Source: Gammaproteobacteria bacterium
Lineage (GTDB): Bacteria > Pseudomonadota > Gammaproteobacteria > Eutrophobiales > Eutrophobiaceae
Reading direction: 5' to 3'
DNA: 64,000 nucleotides
Assembly: GCA_965221455.1 (NCBI GenBank)
Contig: OZ244890.1
Coordinates: 283,031 to 347,030 of the forward strand
Positions 42,201-51,500 of the stretch are shown here, in pieces. Positions within the stretch are counted from its first letter, which is position 1. Every line of letters begins with the position of its first letter. The translations under genes and the position numbers were made by a program. Below the pieces are notes generated by a model that was given only the letters and a program-made list of their open reading frames with translations, did no database searches and was not told the origin of the DNA.

Positions 42201-44938
42201 ACGGTCACCGTAATGCTCACCGCAAGAGCGAGATAACCGGGATCGGCACTGACGGTGCCCAGCCTCAGCGCCACCGTCTCATCGCTTGCATCAGCATCCC
42301 CGATGCCGGTCACCGTCAACGTTCGGGCGATATTCCAATTGGTTTCGTTAAAGGTCAGGCTCGGCGACGGGGTGACGGTCGCAATCGCGGTATCCGCGCT
42401 TTCGATGAGCACAACAACCGGGTGTGTCGGTCGGCTGTGGAGCCTCAGGGTCAACGTGCCCATCTCACCTTCTTTCACGTTGAGTTCAGTCACCACGTCA
42501 AGACCTGCCATGTCGTTATCCGTCAAGTTCACCATCACATCATCCGGCGTCAAGGTGCCATAGCGGGCGTCTGTACTGCTCACCCGATGACTCAGGCGCA
42601 CGCCGCTTTCACTCACCGCATCCACATCCTCAACTCCCATCACCGTCACCGTCTGCGGCATGCTCCAGTTGTCAGAGGTAAACATTAACGGCGACGTCGC
42701 GGTCGCGGCACTGATATCGTCACTACGCACCGTAATATTTACCGCAGCACTCGGCGGCGCATCCAGCACCACGGTATAGTCACCCGTGCCGCCTTCAGCC
42801 ACGGCCAGCGTGGTCAAACTCACCGTCACACCAGGAGACGGCACTTCGTCATCCGTCACCGTCACGGCGACGCTGCGGGCGACTCCATCATAGTTAAGGT
42901 CTGTACTCGCACTATTCAGCGTCAGGCTCACGCTCTCATCCCTGGCGTCAGCATCTTCAACCGCCATCACCGTCACCGTGCGTGGTTGATCCCAGTCGGC
43001 GCCGCTAAACACAAAGTCCGATGGACTGATGCTCACGGCGCCATCATCGGGATTCGAGATGACCATGGAGACAATATCCGTCGGCAGGCTATTCAGGACT
43101 ACCGTGAACGTGTTGTTGCCGCCTTCGGCAACGGTCAACGCGGTCGTGCTCAGCCTCACGCCCGCCGTATCGTTATCCGTCGTGTTGACCACCACAGGGA
43201 AGATGCTGACATCATTGTAATCGTTATCCATGCTGCTCACGGTGTGACTCAGGCGCACGCGCTCGTTGCTGGCATCGGTATCCTCCACGCCGGTCACGGT
43301 CACGGTGCGGGCGACATTCCAATTGGTCGTGGTAAACGTCAACGAGGAAGTCACCGTGACGGCGTCCTGCGCGTCACTGGTCACCATCACGGTCACCGCG
43401 GCACTCGGCCGGGTATTCAATTCCAGCGTATACATACCGGTCGACCCTTCGGCCACCGTCAGCAGGGTCGCACTGACCGTCGCCCCTGCCACTTCGTTAT
43501 CCGTCACCGTCACCGTCACGGTGCCACTGTTATCATCACGGCCAGCATTCGTCACCGTCACCGCCACACGGTTATAGCTGCTATCCATGCTGGTGACCGT
43601 ATGACTCAGGCGCACGCTCTCATGGTCCGAGTCGGCATCCTCAACGCCCGTCACCATCACCGTCTGCACCGTATTCCAGTTATCTTCGGTAAACGTCAGC
43701 GAGGGGGTCGCGCTCACCGCTTCCGGATCGCCACTCGTCACCGCTACCGTCACATCAGCACTCGGCAGGGTATCCAGTACAATGCGATAGCCACCGGTGT
43801 TACTTTCGCCGACCGCCACAGTGGCCGGGGTCACCGTCACACCGACTGTCTCTCTATCCATCACGGTCACATTGACAGGCGAGAATGTCTTACCACTATA
43901 GTCGCCGTCTGTGCTCGCGGTCATATGACGCAGGCGTACTGTCTGGTCGCGTGCATCAGGATCTTGCGCACCGTTCACGGTCACCGTCTGCGCCCGATTC
44001 CAGTTATTCCTGCCAAAGGTCAGGCTCGTTGGACTCGCGGTCGCAATATTCGAATCGTCACTCACTACCATCACTGTTACAGCGTGACTCGGTTGGCTGC
44101 CTAAAGCTAACATGTAGGTGCTGTTGCTACCTTCGTCGACAGTCAAACTGGACGGCACCAGCGTCACACCCACCACTTCGTCATCCGTCACGGTCACAGT
44201 CACAGGATCCGGTGCGAAACCACGGTAGGTAGTATCTGTAGTGGTCACCGTATGGTTCAGGCGCACGGTCGCGTCATTCGCATCTCCATCATGGATACCC
44301 GTCACCATTACCGTCTGGACAGTGAACCAGTTGACGGAGGTAAACATCAGACTCGCCGGGGTCACCCTCGCGGCACCAGTATTGGTACTTGTCACGGCAA
44401 TATTGACATCCTCTGTCGGCGGGCTATTTAGCCTGACAGTATAGTTACCCGTGGCACCTTCATTAACAGTCGGCGTGCTGGAGCTGAACACCACACCAGG
44501 CTGCGCCTCGTCATCTATCACGACTGCGGTTATGTTCTGGTTTGCAGTCGAAGAACTGTTGAAGTTAGTGTTACTACCTTCTGTACGAAATCCCAGACTC
44601 ACCATCTCATGGTTCCCATCAGCATCCTCAATAGCGCGCACCGTCACCATTTGTGCTACATTGGTAGGAACATTGAACATCAGGCTCGCAGGAGTCACTG
44701 TCACGGCATTAGTGTTTCCACTCATCGGTAAAAAGTTTACAGTGCCTGTCGCACCACCAGAGTCTATGGAAACCTGGTAGGTGGCGGTTGCGCCTTCTGC
44801 AATAGTCAGCACACGATCAGCAGTGCTTTGGACGGTCACGCTAAGCTGCGCGAACACCGGAGTGGTAAAAAAACAGCTTAACGCTGCCAAGCGCAGCAAA
44901 TTCAGAACAGAGAGACGACCCGTCATGTTATTCAGCAT
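39206..44938 (-). CDS. Giant secreted multi-repeat protein B. Order: signal peptide, ~16 Calx-beta/cadherin-like repeats, tandem dockerin-type C-terminal pair; no large N-terminal domain
   Basis: The 1910-aa ORF starts MLNNMTGRLSVLNLLRLAALSCFFTTPVFAQ (signal peptide) and goes straight into ~110-aa repeats. Its C-terminal ~110 aa are almost identical to gene A, including ...DTIPGNPSFNEVRTNIEALLR*. It contains a block (41595..41915) nearly identical to part of gene C (47610..47930). Confidence 0.85.
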   Translation of the reverse strand: MLNNMTGRLSVLNLLRLAALSCFFTTPVFAQLSVTVQSTADRVLTIAEGATATYQVSIDSGGATGTVNFLPMSGNTNAVTVTPASLMFNVPTNVAQMVTVRAIEDADGNHEMVSLGFRTEGSNTNFNSSSTANQNITAVVIDDEAQPGVVFSSSTPTVNEGATGNYTVRLNSPPTEDVNIAVTSTNTGAARVTPASLMFTSVNWFTVQTVMVTGIHDGDANDATVRLNHTVTTTDTTYRGFAPDPVTVTVTDDEVVGVTLVPSSLTVDEGSNSTYMLALGSQPSHAVTVMVVSDDSNIATASPTSLTFGRNNWNRAQTVTVNGAQDPDARDQTVRLRHMTASTDGDYSGKTFSPVNVTVMDRETVGVTVTPATVAVGESNTGGYRIVLDTLPSADVTVAVTSGDPEAVSATPSLTFTEDNWNTVQTVMVTGVEDADSDHESVRLSHTVTSMDSSYNRVAVTVTNAGRDDNSGTVTVTVTDNEVAGATVSATLLTVAEGSTGMYTLELNTRPSAAVTVMVTSDAQDAVTVTSSLTFTTTNWNVARTVTVTGVEDTDASNERVRLSHTVSSMDNDYNDVSIFPVVVNTTDNDTAGVRLSTTALTVAEGGNNTFTVVLNSLPTDIVSMVISNPDDGAVSISPSDFVFSGADWDQPRTVTVMAVEDADARDESVSLTLNSASTDLNYDGVARSVAVTVTDDEVPSPGVTVSLTTLAVAEGGTGDYTVVLDAPPSAAVNITVRSDDISAATATSPLMFTSDNWSMPQTVTVMGVEDVDAVSESGVRLSHRVSSTDARYGTLTPDDVMVNLTDNDMAGLDVVTELNVKEGEMGTLTLRLHSRPTHPVVVLIESADTAIATVTPSPSLTFNETNWNIARTLTVTGIGDADASDETVALRLGTVSADPGYLALAVSITVTVTDDEMVSVNVSTDTLAVSEGGTGTYMLVLGSQPSTAVMITVASNNEAATVSATPLMFTRDRWNIPQIVTVSGAEDANSTNERASLTHTVSSSDIAYNAVMPAAVSVNVSDNDTPGVSVSPTRLEVAEGANVEYMLMLNTQPAHAVMITVGSGDMGAVSVSPTTLTFSTSDWNTGKTFTVTGEEDADANNEVDVQLTHTASSTDNTYNGNAVAIADVSVTVDDNETAGVTVSETSLTFNEGTNNNTYTLVLDTRPTAAMTITVMTDDAEAASVSPAMLTFDMDDWNTAKTVTVMGVADADANDETVSLTHTFNGGGPAYAGTPAVTINAVTVTVEDIQTAGVTVMPSTLRVPEGGSGTYMLALTSRPVAVVTVDLLIPNSGVVNTSPTSLTFTTSDWRTARTVTVRGVQDPDANDASIIVSHRAVSADPAYNANALTIGTVDVTVTDDDIAGMTVVPGRLTVGEGDTGSYTLALATRPRNDVTIMVTSDNTAAATVSSTPLMFTTSNWSQARTVRVVAVEDANGINETVLLTHMATSMDSTYNGSAVTTTLPVTVADNDVAGVTVAPTNPTIDEGGTGSYMVVLNTRPTDEVRVTVSNGNTAGATASPATLTFTTDNWNRGQTVTLTGVEDGDTNNASVRLSHTSASADSAYNAGAVTIAAVDVTVRDDDTAGVAVSQTALTILEGGSGNYMLALTSQPDAAVMIAVSSANTAAVTVTATLTFTEDNWNTAQTVTVMGVEDADANDASGVQLSHVVTSTGTAYAAVTAAAVSVTVNDDDTAGLTLTPGRVTVGEGGSGTYMLVLTSRPSAAVTVAVSSPDTDAVTVTATLTFTEDNWNSAQTVTVMGVRDADTDDERVQLSHAVTSMDTAYRAVTAALVVTVTETAAVSLDVDGSGGNPNQSDGLMLGRYLFGIRDEAGLLDTIPGSPSFNAVTTNIAGAFASGRLDVDGSGGDPNQSDGLMLGRYLFGIRDTVGLLDTIPGNPSFNEVRTNIEALLR

Positions 44939-45505
44939 CAGTTATTCCACCATCAGTTCTACAACGATTGATAATATCCCACATTAATTAACGTCATGCG
45001 CTCCCACTGGCAAACCTACCGTTTACCATGTTCATCACCTTCACATCCACGCTGTTTGATATTCGACCAGCGACCGCTGATCGTTGCACGACCGACTACA
45101 GACTGCTGAGCGTACCAGAAAAACACACAATAACTCAAGACCTAATCAATGCTTCTCCGAACGTTTCACGTTTTCACCCATCCCTGATTGATGTCAAGAC
45201 ACTTCTTTTGAAGTCGATGACCTGCAAACCTGCAGCTCAGGATTCCGCCTCCGAGAGGTCATCATTTTTGGCAACGTACACCCGTCTGCAATCGGCGATA
45301 TTTTTTCCTTATTCCCTTGATATTTACAGAAAGCACTACCGGGTTGCTATTATCGTCCGCCAGTCGGTCTATAGCCCAGGAAAGGATACGCGCTGTTAAT
45401 TCGGTACATGTTGCTTGAAATTTTCAATCGGCATGGCCGTACTCACAGCAATAAAAAACAATGAGTCAGCCACCCATGAAAAAACAACTTCCGGCTATTT
45501 CCCCA

Positions 45506-48500
45506 CTACCGCACACGCACAAGCGCTCCGATATTCCTCGTTACGTCGTTGAACGATGGATTGCCCGGGATAGTATCAAGCAAGCCCACAGTGTCACGAA
45601 TACCAAACAGATAACGACCTATCATCAGACCATCACCTTGATTCGCAGCACCGCCGCTGCCATCCACATCAAGACGACCGCTGGCGACAGCCCTTGCAAT
45701 ATTCGCCGTGACCACACTGAACGATGGACTCCCCGGGATAGTATCAAGCAAGCCCACCATATCACGAATACCGAACAGGTAGCGGCCTATCATAAGCCCG
45801 TCACCCTGGTTAGGTGCACCGCCGCTATTATCCACATCAAGACTAATCGCCAGCTCCGTGACAGTCACAAGCACGGCGTCTGGCGTCACCGCAGCATAGC
45901 CTGTATCAGTGCTGCTCACCGTATGCGTTAGCCTGACGCTCTCATTGTCCACATCAACGTCCTCAACACCCGTCACCGTCACCGTCTGGACCCTGTTCCA
46001 CTCGTCTATGGCAAAGGTCAGAGTCGCAGGACTCACCGTCGCCTCAGTCGCATCAGCACTCGTCACCGCAATCCTCACCTCCGCACGCGGCTGGCTGGTC
46101 AACACCAGCGTATAGGTCCTGGTATCATTTTCGGTAACGCTCAGTGTGGTAGGAGTCACCATCACGCCTGCCGTCTCGTCATCATTCACCGTCACGGTGA
46201 CAGCGTCTATCGTCACCGCAGGGTTAGCATCTGCATAGGCAGGTCCGCCGCCGCTAAACGTGTGCGTCAGAGAGACGCTCTCGTTGTTCGCATCAAGATC
46301 CTGCTCACCCGTCACCGTCACCATCTTTGGCGTATTCCAGTCGTCCATGGCAAAGGGCAGTGTCGCTGGACTCACCGACACCGCTCCATCATCGTCAGAC
46401 ATCACCGTAATCACCATCGCCGCCGACGGCTGGGCATCCAGCACCAGCGTATAGGTGGTGGTGTTCGTGCCCTCATCGAACATCAGCTCGGTCTCACTCA
46501 AAGTCACGCCCGCCGTCTCGTCATCATCCACCGTCACAGTGACCCCGGCTATCGTCAAAGCAGGGTTAGCATCTGCATAGGCAGGACCGCCGCCGCTAAA
46601 CGTGTGCGTCAGAGAGACGCTCTCGTTGTTCGCATCAGCATCCGCAATACCTGTCACCGTCACCGGCTTCGGCGCGTTCCAGTCGGCCATGGTAAAGGTC
46701 AGCGTCGCTGGACTCACCGATGCCGCTCCCTCGTCGTCAGACATCACCGTAATCACCATCGCCGCCGTCGGCTGGGTATCCAACACCAGCGTATAGGTGG
46801 TGTTGGCCGTGCCTTCATTGAACATCAGCTCGGTCTCACTCAAAGTCACGCCCGCCGTCTCGTCATCATCCACCGTCACGGTGACCCCGGCTATCGTCAA
46901 AGCAGGGGTGGCATTTGCATAGGCAGGTCCGCCGCCGCTAAACGTGTGCGTCAGAGAGACAGTCTCGTTATTCGCATCAGCATCCTCAACACCCGTCACC
47001 GTAAACACCTTGGGCGTATCCCAGTCGCCCATGGTAAAGCTCAGTGTCGATGGACTCACCGACGCCGCTTCAGCGTCGTTACTCATCACCGAAATCGTCA
47101 TATCCGCCGACGGCTGGACATCCAGCACCAGCGAATAGGTGGTGTTGGTCGTGCCCTCATCGAACGTCAGGTTGGTCTCACTCACCGTCACGCCCGCCGT
47201 CTCGTCATCATCCACCGTCACGGCGACCCCGGCTATCGTCAAAGCAGGGGTGGCATCGGCATAGGCAGGTCCGCCGCCGCTAAACGTGTGCGTCAGAGAG
47301 ACAGTCTCGTTGTTCGCATCAGCATCCTCAACACCCGTCACCGTAAACGTCTTGGGCGTATCCCAGTCGCCCATGGTAAAGCTCAGTGTCGATGGACTCA
47401 CCGACGCCGCTTCAGCGTCGTTACTCATCACCGAAATCGTCATATCCGCCGACGGCTGGACATCCAGCACCAGCGTATAGGTGTTGTTGTTCGTGCCCTC
47501 ATTGAACATCAACTCGGTCTCACTCACCGTCACGCCCGCCGTCTCGTCATCATCCACCGTCACGGAGACAGCGGTTATCGCCACCGCATTACCATTATAG
47601 GTATTATCCGTGCTGCTCGCCGTATGCGTGAGCTGCACATTGACTTCGTTGTCCGCGTCAGCATCCTGCTCTCCCGTCACCGTCACCGTCTTACCCGTGT
47701 TCCAGTCGGCCGTAGTAAAGGTCAGTGTTGTCGGGCTGACCGACGCCGCACCCATGTCGCCACTCGCCACCGTAATCATCACGTCCGCCGCCGGTTGGGT
47801 ATTCAGCATCAGCATATACTCGACGTTAGCACCTTCGGCGGGCTCCAGCCTGGTGGGACTCACGCTCACACCCGGCGTGTCGTTATCCCTCACGGTAACG
47901 GCCACAGTAGTCAGCATCAACGGTCGATAGAGCACATCGCTGCTATTATCCACTGTATGCGCCAGGCTGACGTTTCCGTCGGTCGCATTACTATCCTCAA
48001 CACCCATCACCGTCACCGTCTTGGCCGTGTTCCAGTCAACATTGGTAAAGGTCAGTGATGTCGGGCTGACCGTCGCCGCTCCCGTGTCGCCAGTCGCCAC
48101 CACCATAATCGTCACATCCGTCATCGGCCGAGTCTCCAGCATCAGCGTATAGCCGCCGCTACCGCCCTCACTGACCTCCAGCGTGGACGCATTCAAAGTC
48201 ACGCCCGCCGTGTCGTTATCATCCACATTAACGGTGACACCAGCTATCGTCACCGCATTACCATTGTAGGTCGCATCCGTGCTCTCCGCCGTATGCGTGA
48301 GCCGCACACTGACTTCGTTGTTCGCGTCATCATCCTGCTCACCCGTCACCGTCACCATCCGGGCCACGTTCCAGTTAGCACCGGTAAAGGTTAGTGTTCC
48401 CGGGTTGACCGACGCCGCATCCGCGTCGCCACTCGCCACCGTAATCACCACGTCATTCGCTGGCTGGCTGGTCAACATCAGCGTATAGATGCCGGTCTCT

Positions 48501-50770
48501 CCTTCATTCATGTCCAGTGTGGTAGGAGTCACAGTCACGCCCGCCATATCGTTATCCGTGACACCCACAGTCACGGCGGGCGGCGTCAGCCCAGCATAGC
48601 CCGCATCACTGCTGCTCACCGCATGACTCAGTTGCACACCGCTTTCGTTGGTCGCATTAGCGTCCTCAGCACCCGTCACCATCACGGTTTGGGCGACATT
48701 CCAATTGACTGTGCTAAAGATCAGGGGCGAGGTTGCGGTCACTGCGGGATTGTCACTGGTGACGCTAATCGTCACAGCGTCGGTCGGTTGGCTGCCCAGC
48801 GCCAGGTTATAGCTGGTGGTGGTGCCCCCTTCGGTGACATTCAGCGCGGTCTGCGACACCCGCACACCCGCGACCACTACCGCGCCGGACGTCAGGCTAT
48901 CGCCCCCCGCATTCGGATAACTCGCCATCACACGCAACCAACTGCCTATTTGTGATTGGTCTGAGGCAATGGTGTACGTGGCGGTATTATTGGTCCCCGG
49001 TGCGGCGGTAAACGGTCCCGCCGAGGCGGTCGCTGTCTGCCATTGCCAGGTAATGGTCCCGACATCGGTATTCGGTGAGGCGTCCGGGTCGGTGACCGCG
49101 CCCGCCGTCAGCGTGCCGCCGACTCGGGCAGCGCCAGTGAGTGTGCCGATGGCACCGCGACGGTCAGCCCGCACGATATTGGAGAACAGGGTGTCGTTGA
49201 AATCCCCGCTCTGGGTGACCTGCACCCGCAGCCAGTTGCCCTGGTCCGCCGCTTGTACCGTGTAGGTCCCCGCCGTGCCGCCCGGGCTGATAGCTGTTGC
49301 ACTGCTACAGTTTTGAGTGGTGCAGCGTTGCCATTGCCAGGCACTGGCATTGACGGTCAACCTGAGATGAGTCAGCGCACCGGAGATCAAGATATCGCCG
49401 ACATTGGCCGGGGTGTTGGGGGTACTGTCCTGGATGGCGCCTAATGACACGAGCGCCGCATCATAAATAAAGTTGTCGGTAGCACTCAGCTCACCGATGA
49501 CTTGCTTGGTGATATCCGAGGCACTCGCCCCGATATTGCACAGCGACAGCGACAGCGGCGAATTAGCTTGTGCGGTTTGTTCGGTGTCGGTCGTGGTCCC
49601 CGAGCGAACCCTTAAATCACCGCTGGCGGTACATGAACTGTCTAACAAGACCACGCCGTTGTTGGCGGACGGTCGGTAAAACACGACACCCGGCCCCGGG
49701 ATAGCTGTCCATGAGAGGTTCGGACGGGACAGGCCGGGCTTCAGGCTTATACTCTCGAAGAGTGTGCCGGTGCTCGGGGTCGCCTGCCCGGTGGTGATGT
49801 GTGCAGTCACCGAGTTCGTGCCGCCGGTGGTACGGACACTCTGGAGTTGCAGCCGACCATCATTGTTGTTGCGGGAGAGTGTTACGCTTATGACGTCAGC
49901 ACCGTTTCTTGCCGTTGCATTGGTATGCCCGGCCGGGCCGTTGACGAGATAGTTCATCCAAAAGGTCTCACTCGGACGGGTCTCGGTTTGCCCGTGGTTG
50001 GTGGTGCCGACACTGTAATCATTGGTACAACGACCGCCCGTCCCGGCATTACAGGTGTGCGTCTGGTTCTTGTCGACGATGTTGGCCGCACTCCAGGCAC
50101 TCCAGCCATTGTCGTAGCCTAACTCAGAAGCTGCCGCAGCCACAGACTGCTTGGTGATATTGTAAGGGGTGGATTGACAAAGCCTAAGCAGACCCGAATT
50201 TATGTTAGCGGAATAATCTATGGCCAAGAGACCTGTGGAGTCGCCGAACTCACGAAATCGTGCTTGTGCGCTCTCCATAGCGGTAGCCGGAAGACACTGC
50301 ATCTCAACTATTTGATCGAAACGAGTCCCAGTCCCACCGCCTGCTGCAAATAACCTGCCGAGTCCCGGAATAGTGGCGTAGACTTCAAACGGGTTGTGCC
50401 AGTTGTTGTCGCCCGCAGTCCAGGCGGTCATGAAGCTGGCAAAGTTCGGGAACGCCCCACGTAGGGCAGTTCTAAAATTTCCTGTCTGCCGGTCATACCA
50501 CGCCTCCAGCGTAGTCGGGCTGTCATTGTCCGGCGTGACCAGTTGACTCCACCCGCCAGTCGGGTACACGACCGGACCGGGACCTTCCGGGCAGGGGTTG
50601 TTCGGGCCGGGAGTGCCGACGACGTTGACACTGCACGTCCGCCGGGTCGTCACCGTCTCACTATCGATTGACCCGGTGTAGGTGTACGATGCCGTATCAT
50701 TAGTCTGCGCCCGTGCCGCCGGGCTTGCCCATGCCGCCATCAGGGCAACGGCGACCATGACTGCTGTCAT
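45506..50770 (-). CDS. Giant secreted multi-repeat protein C, with the same architecture as A, plus an array of near-identical 114-aa repeats
   Basis: The open frame runs 45506..51139 (1877 aa). The probable start is M124 (ATG 50768-50770), which begins the signal peptide MTAVMVAVALMAAWASPAARA. Its N-terminal ~750 aa are co-linear and highly similar to gene A (e.g. ASYTYTGSIDSETVTTRRTCSVNVVGTPGPN). The C-terminus has a dockerin-like pair, LDVDNSGGAPNQGDGLMIGRYLFGIRD and LDVDGSGGAANQGDGLMIGRYLFGIRD. Confidence 0.8.
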   Translation of the reverse strand: MTAVMVAVALMAAWASPAARAQTNDTASYTYTGSIDSETVTTRRTCSVNVVGTPGPNNPCPEGPGPVVYPTGGWSQLVTPDNDSPTTLEAWYDRQTGNFRTALRGAFPNFASFMTAWTAGDNNWHNPFEVYATIPGLGRLFAAGGGTGTRFDQIVEMQCLPATAMESAQARFREFGDSTGLLAIDYSANINSGLLRLCQSTPYNITKQSVAAAASELGYDNGWSAWSAANIVDKNQTHTCNAGTGGRCTNDYSVGTTNHGQTETRPSETFWMNYLVNGPAGHTNATARNGADVISVTLSRNNNDGRLQLQSVRTTGGTNSVTAHITTGQATPSTGTLFESISLKPGLSRPNLSWTAIPGPGVVFYRPSANNGVVLLDSSCTASGDLRVRSGTTTDTEQTAQANSPLSLSLCNIGASASDITKQVIGELSATDNFIYDAALVSLGAIQDSTPNTPANVGDILISGALTHLRLTVNASAWQWQRCTTQNCSSATAISPGGTAGTYTVQAADQGNWLRVQVTQSGDFNDTLFSNIVRADRRGAIGTLTGAARVGGTLTAGAVTDPDASPNTDVGTITWQWQTATASAGPFTAAPGTNNTATYTIASDQSQIGSWLRVMASYPNAGGDSLTSGAVVVAGVRVSQTALNVTEGGTTTSYNLALGSQPTDAVTISVTSDNPAVTATSPLIFSTVNWNVAQTVMVTGAEDANATNESGVQLSHAVSSSDAGYAGLTPPAVTVGVTDNDMAGVTVTPTTLDMNEGETGIYTLMLTSQPANDVVITVASGDADAASVNPGTLTFTGANWNVARMVTVTGEQDDDANNEVSVRLTHTAESTDATYNGNAVTIAGVTVNVDDNDTAGVTLNASTLEVSEGGSGGYTLMLETRPMTDVTIMVVATGDTGAATVSPTSLTFTNVDWNTAKTVTVMGVEDSNATDGNVSLAHTVDNSSDVLYRPLMLTTVAVTVRDNDTPGVSVSPTRLEPAEGANVEYMLMLNTQPAADVMITVASGDMGAASVSPTTLTFTTADWNTGKTVTVTGEQDADADNEVNVQLTHTASSTDNTYNGNAVAITAVSVTVDDDETAGVTVSETELMFNEGTNNNTYTLVLDVQPSADMTISVMSNDAEAASVSPSTLSFTMGDWDTPKTFTVTGVEDADANNETVSLTHTFSGGGPAYADATPALTIAGVAVTVDDDETAGVTVSETNLTFDEGTTNTTYSLVLDVQPSADMTISVMSNDAEAASVSPSTLSFTMGDWDTPKVFTVTGVEDADANNETVSLTHTFSGGGPAYANATPALTIAGVTVTVDDDETAGVTLSETELMFNEGTANTTYTLVLDTQPTAAMVITVMSDDEGAASVSPATLTFTMADWNAPKPVTVTGIADADANNESVSLTHTFSGGGPAYADANPALTIAGVTVTVDDDETAGVTLSETELMFDEGTNTTTYTLVLDAQPSAAMVITVMSDDDGAVSVSPATLPFAMDDWNTPKMVTVTGEQDLDANNESVSLTHTFSGGGPAYADANPAVTIDAVTVTVNDDETAGVMVTPTTLSVTENDTRTYTLVLTSQPRAEVRIAVTSADATEATVSPATLTFAIDEWNRVQTVTVTGVEDVDVDNESVRLTHTVSSTDTGYAAVTPDAVLVTVTELAISLDVDNSGGAPNQGDGLMIGRYLFGIRDMVGLLDTIPGSPSFSVVTANIARAVASGRLDVDGSGGAANQGDGLMIGRYLFGIRDTVGLLDTIPGNPSFNDVTRNIGALVRVR
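46260..47627. repeat. Tandem array of at least 4 near-identical 342-bp (114-aa) coding repeats inside giant gene C
   Basis: The antisense ORFs at 46260, 46602, 46944 and 47286 are spaced exactly 342 bp apart and encode almost identical peptides. The sense protein repeats GVTVSETELMFNEGTNNNTYTLVLDVQPSADMTISVMSNDAEAASVSPSTLSFTMGDWDTPK.FTVTGVEDADANNETVSLTHTFSGGGPAYA with minimal variation. Confidence 0.85.
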
Positions 50771-51500
50771 CTCGCGCCGAACTCCTGGCCCGCTGGCAAG
50801 TTCGGCGGTCGACCGCAGTTTCCCCGTGATGCCCGCAAAAGTGTACGCTTTTGCATAGTGATAGCGCATGTGCAGTGAGGTGTTGCGCCTATCGCCGTCA
50901 ACGCAGCGGGCGATGCCACGGTGCTTGCGCGTCAGACGATGCAGAATACCGTGTTGTGTACACAACACGTCCGCAGCAACGTGCGCTTCACATTCGGTCA
51001 TGACAATGTTAAGCCTGTGTCTGGTGGAGGTGTGGTGGTGGTGCTTGTCGCACGACACCAGCGTGGTGGTAAGGCGTTTACGTAATTTTGTCAGCATATG
51101 TCGTGTTCTCTCTCGTAAGTAGTCCAGATTTACCCCCACATACCCATCCCGCCCGTGACTGTTTCCAGTCCCCGCTGTGGACAGTTAGTTGAAGTGGATG
51201 CTATTATAGCCAACAGATACCTCGATTGATACCACTATCCGATACCCATGCGCCCAGGCGCCCAGGCGCGGTGGTGAGGGCAAAATCGGATACAGATACG
51301 AATGATGGGTACTTGAGTCTGAGCTATCGTGTCCAGTGAAGACCTTGAACGGCAACAATATCACCATTCCCTGCTGTCGCCGTCGTGCTATCACGAAATC
51401 GGAACGGCGGGCAGGAATCCGAAAATTTCGCCAGCAACGCCACCGCACGTAATATTCCGGCAGTATCTTTTTTTCAAGATGCCGTGTCGCATGGACCGGG

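Noticed and set aside
46262-48058. Long + strand ORFs inside the giant genes. Examples: 598 aa at 46262..48058; 471 aa at 41273..42688; 372 aa at 42986..44104; 278 aa at 39617..40453; 257 aa at 34074..34847.
   Set aside because: All are antisense to the convincingly coding minus-strand giant genes. They are Arg/His-rich and periodic with the sense repeats. Open frames are expected by chance in GC3-rich DNA.
32667-51139. Highly periodic direct repeats, which raised the question of a CRISPR array
   Set aside because: The repeat units are 330-345 bp coding modules without short spacers or palindromic 25-40-bp repeats. They are protein tandem repeats.
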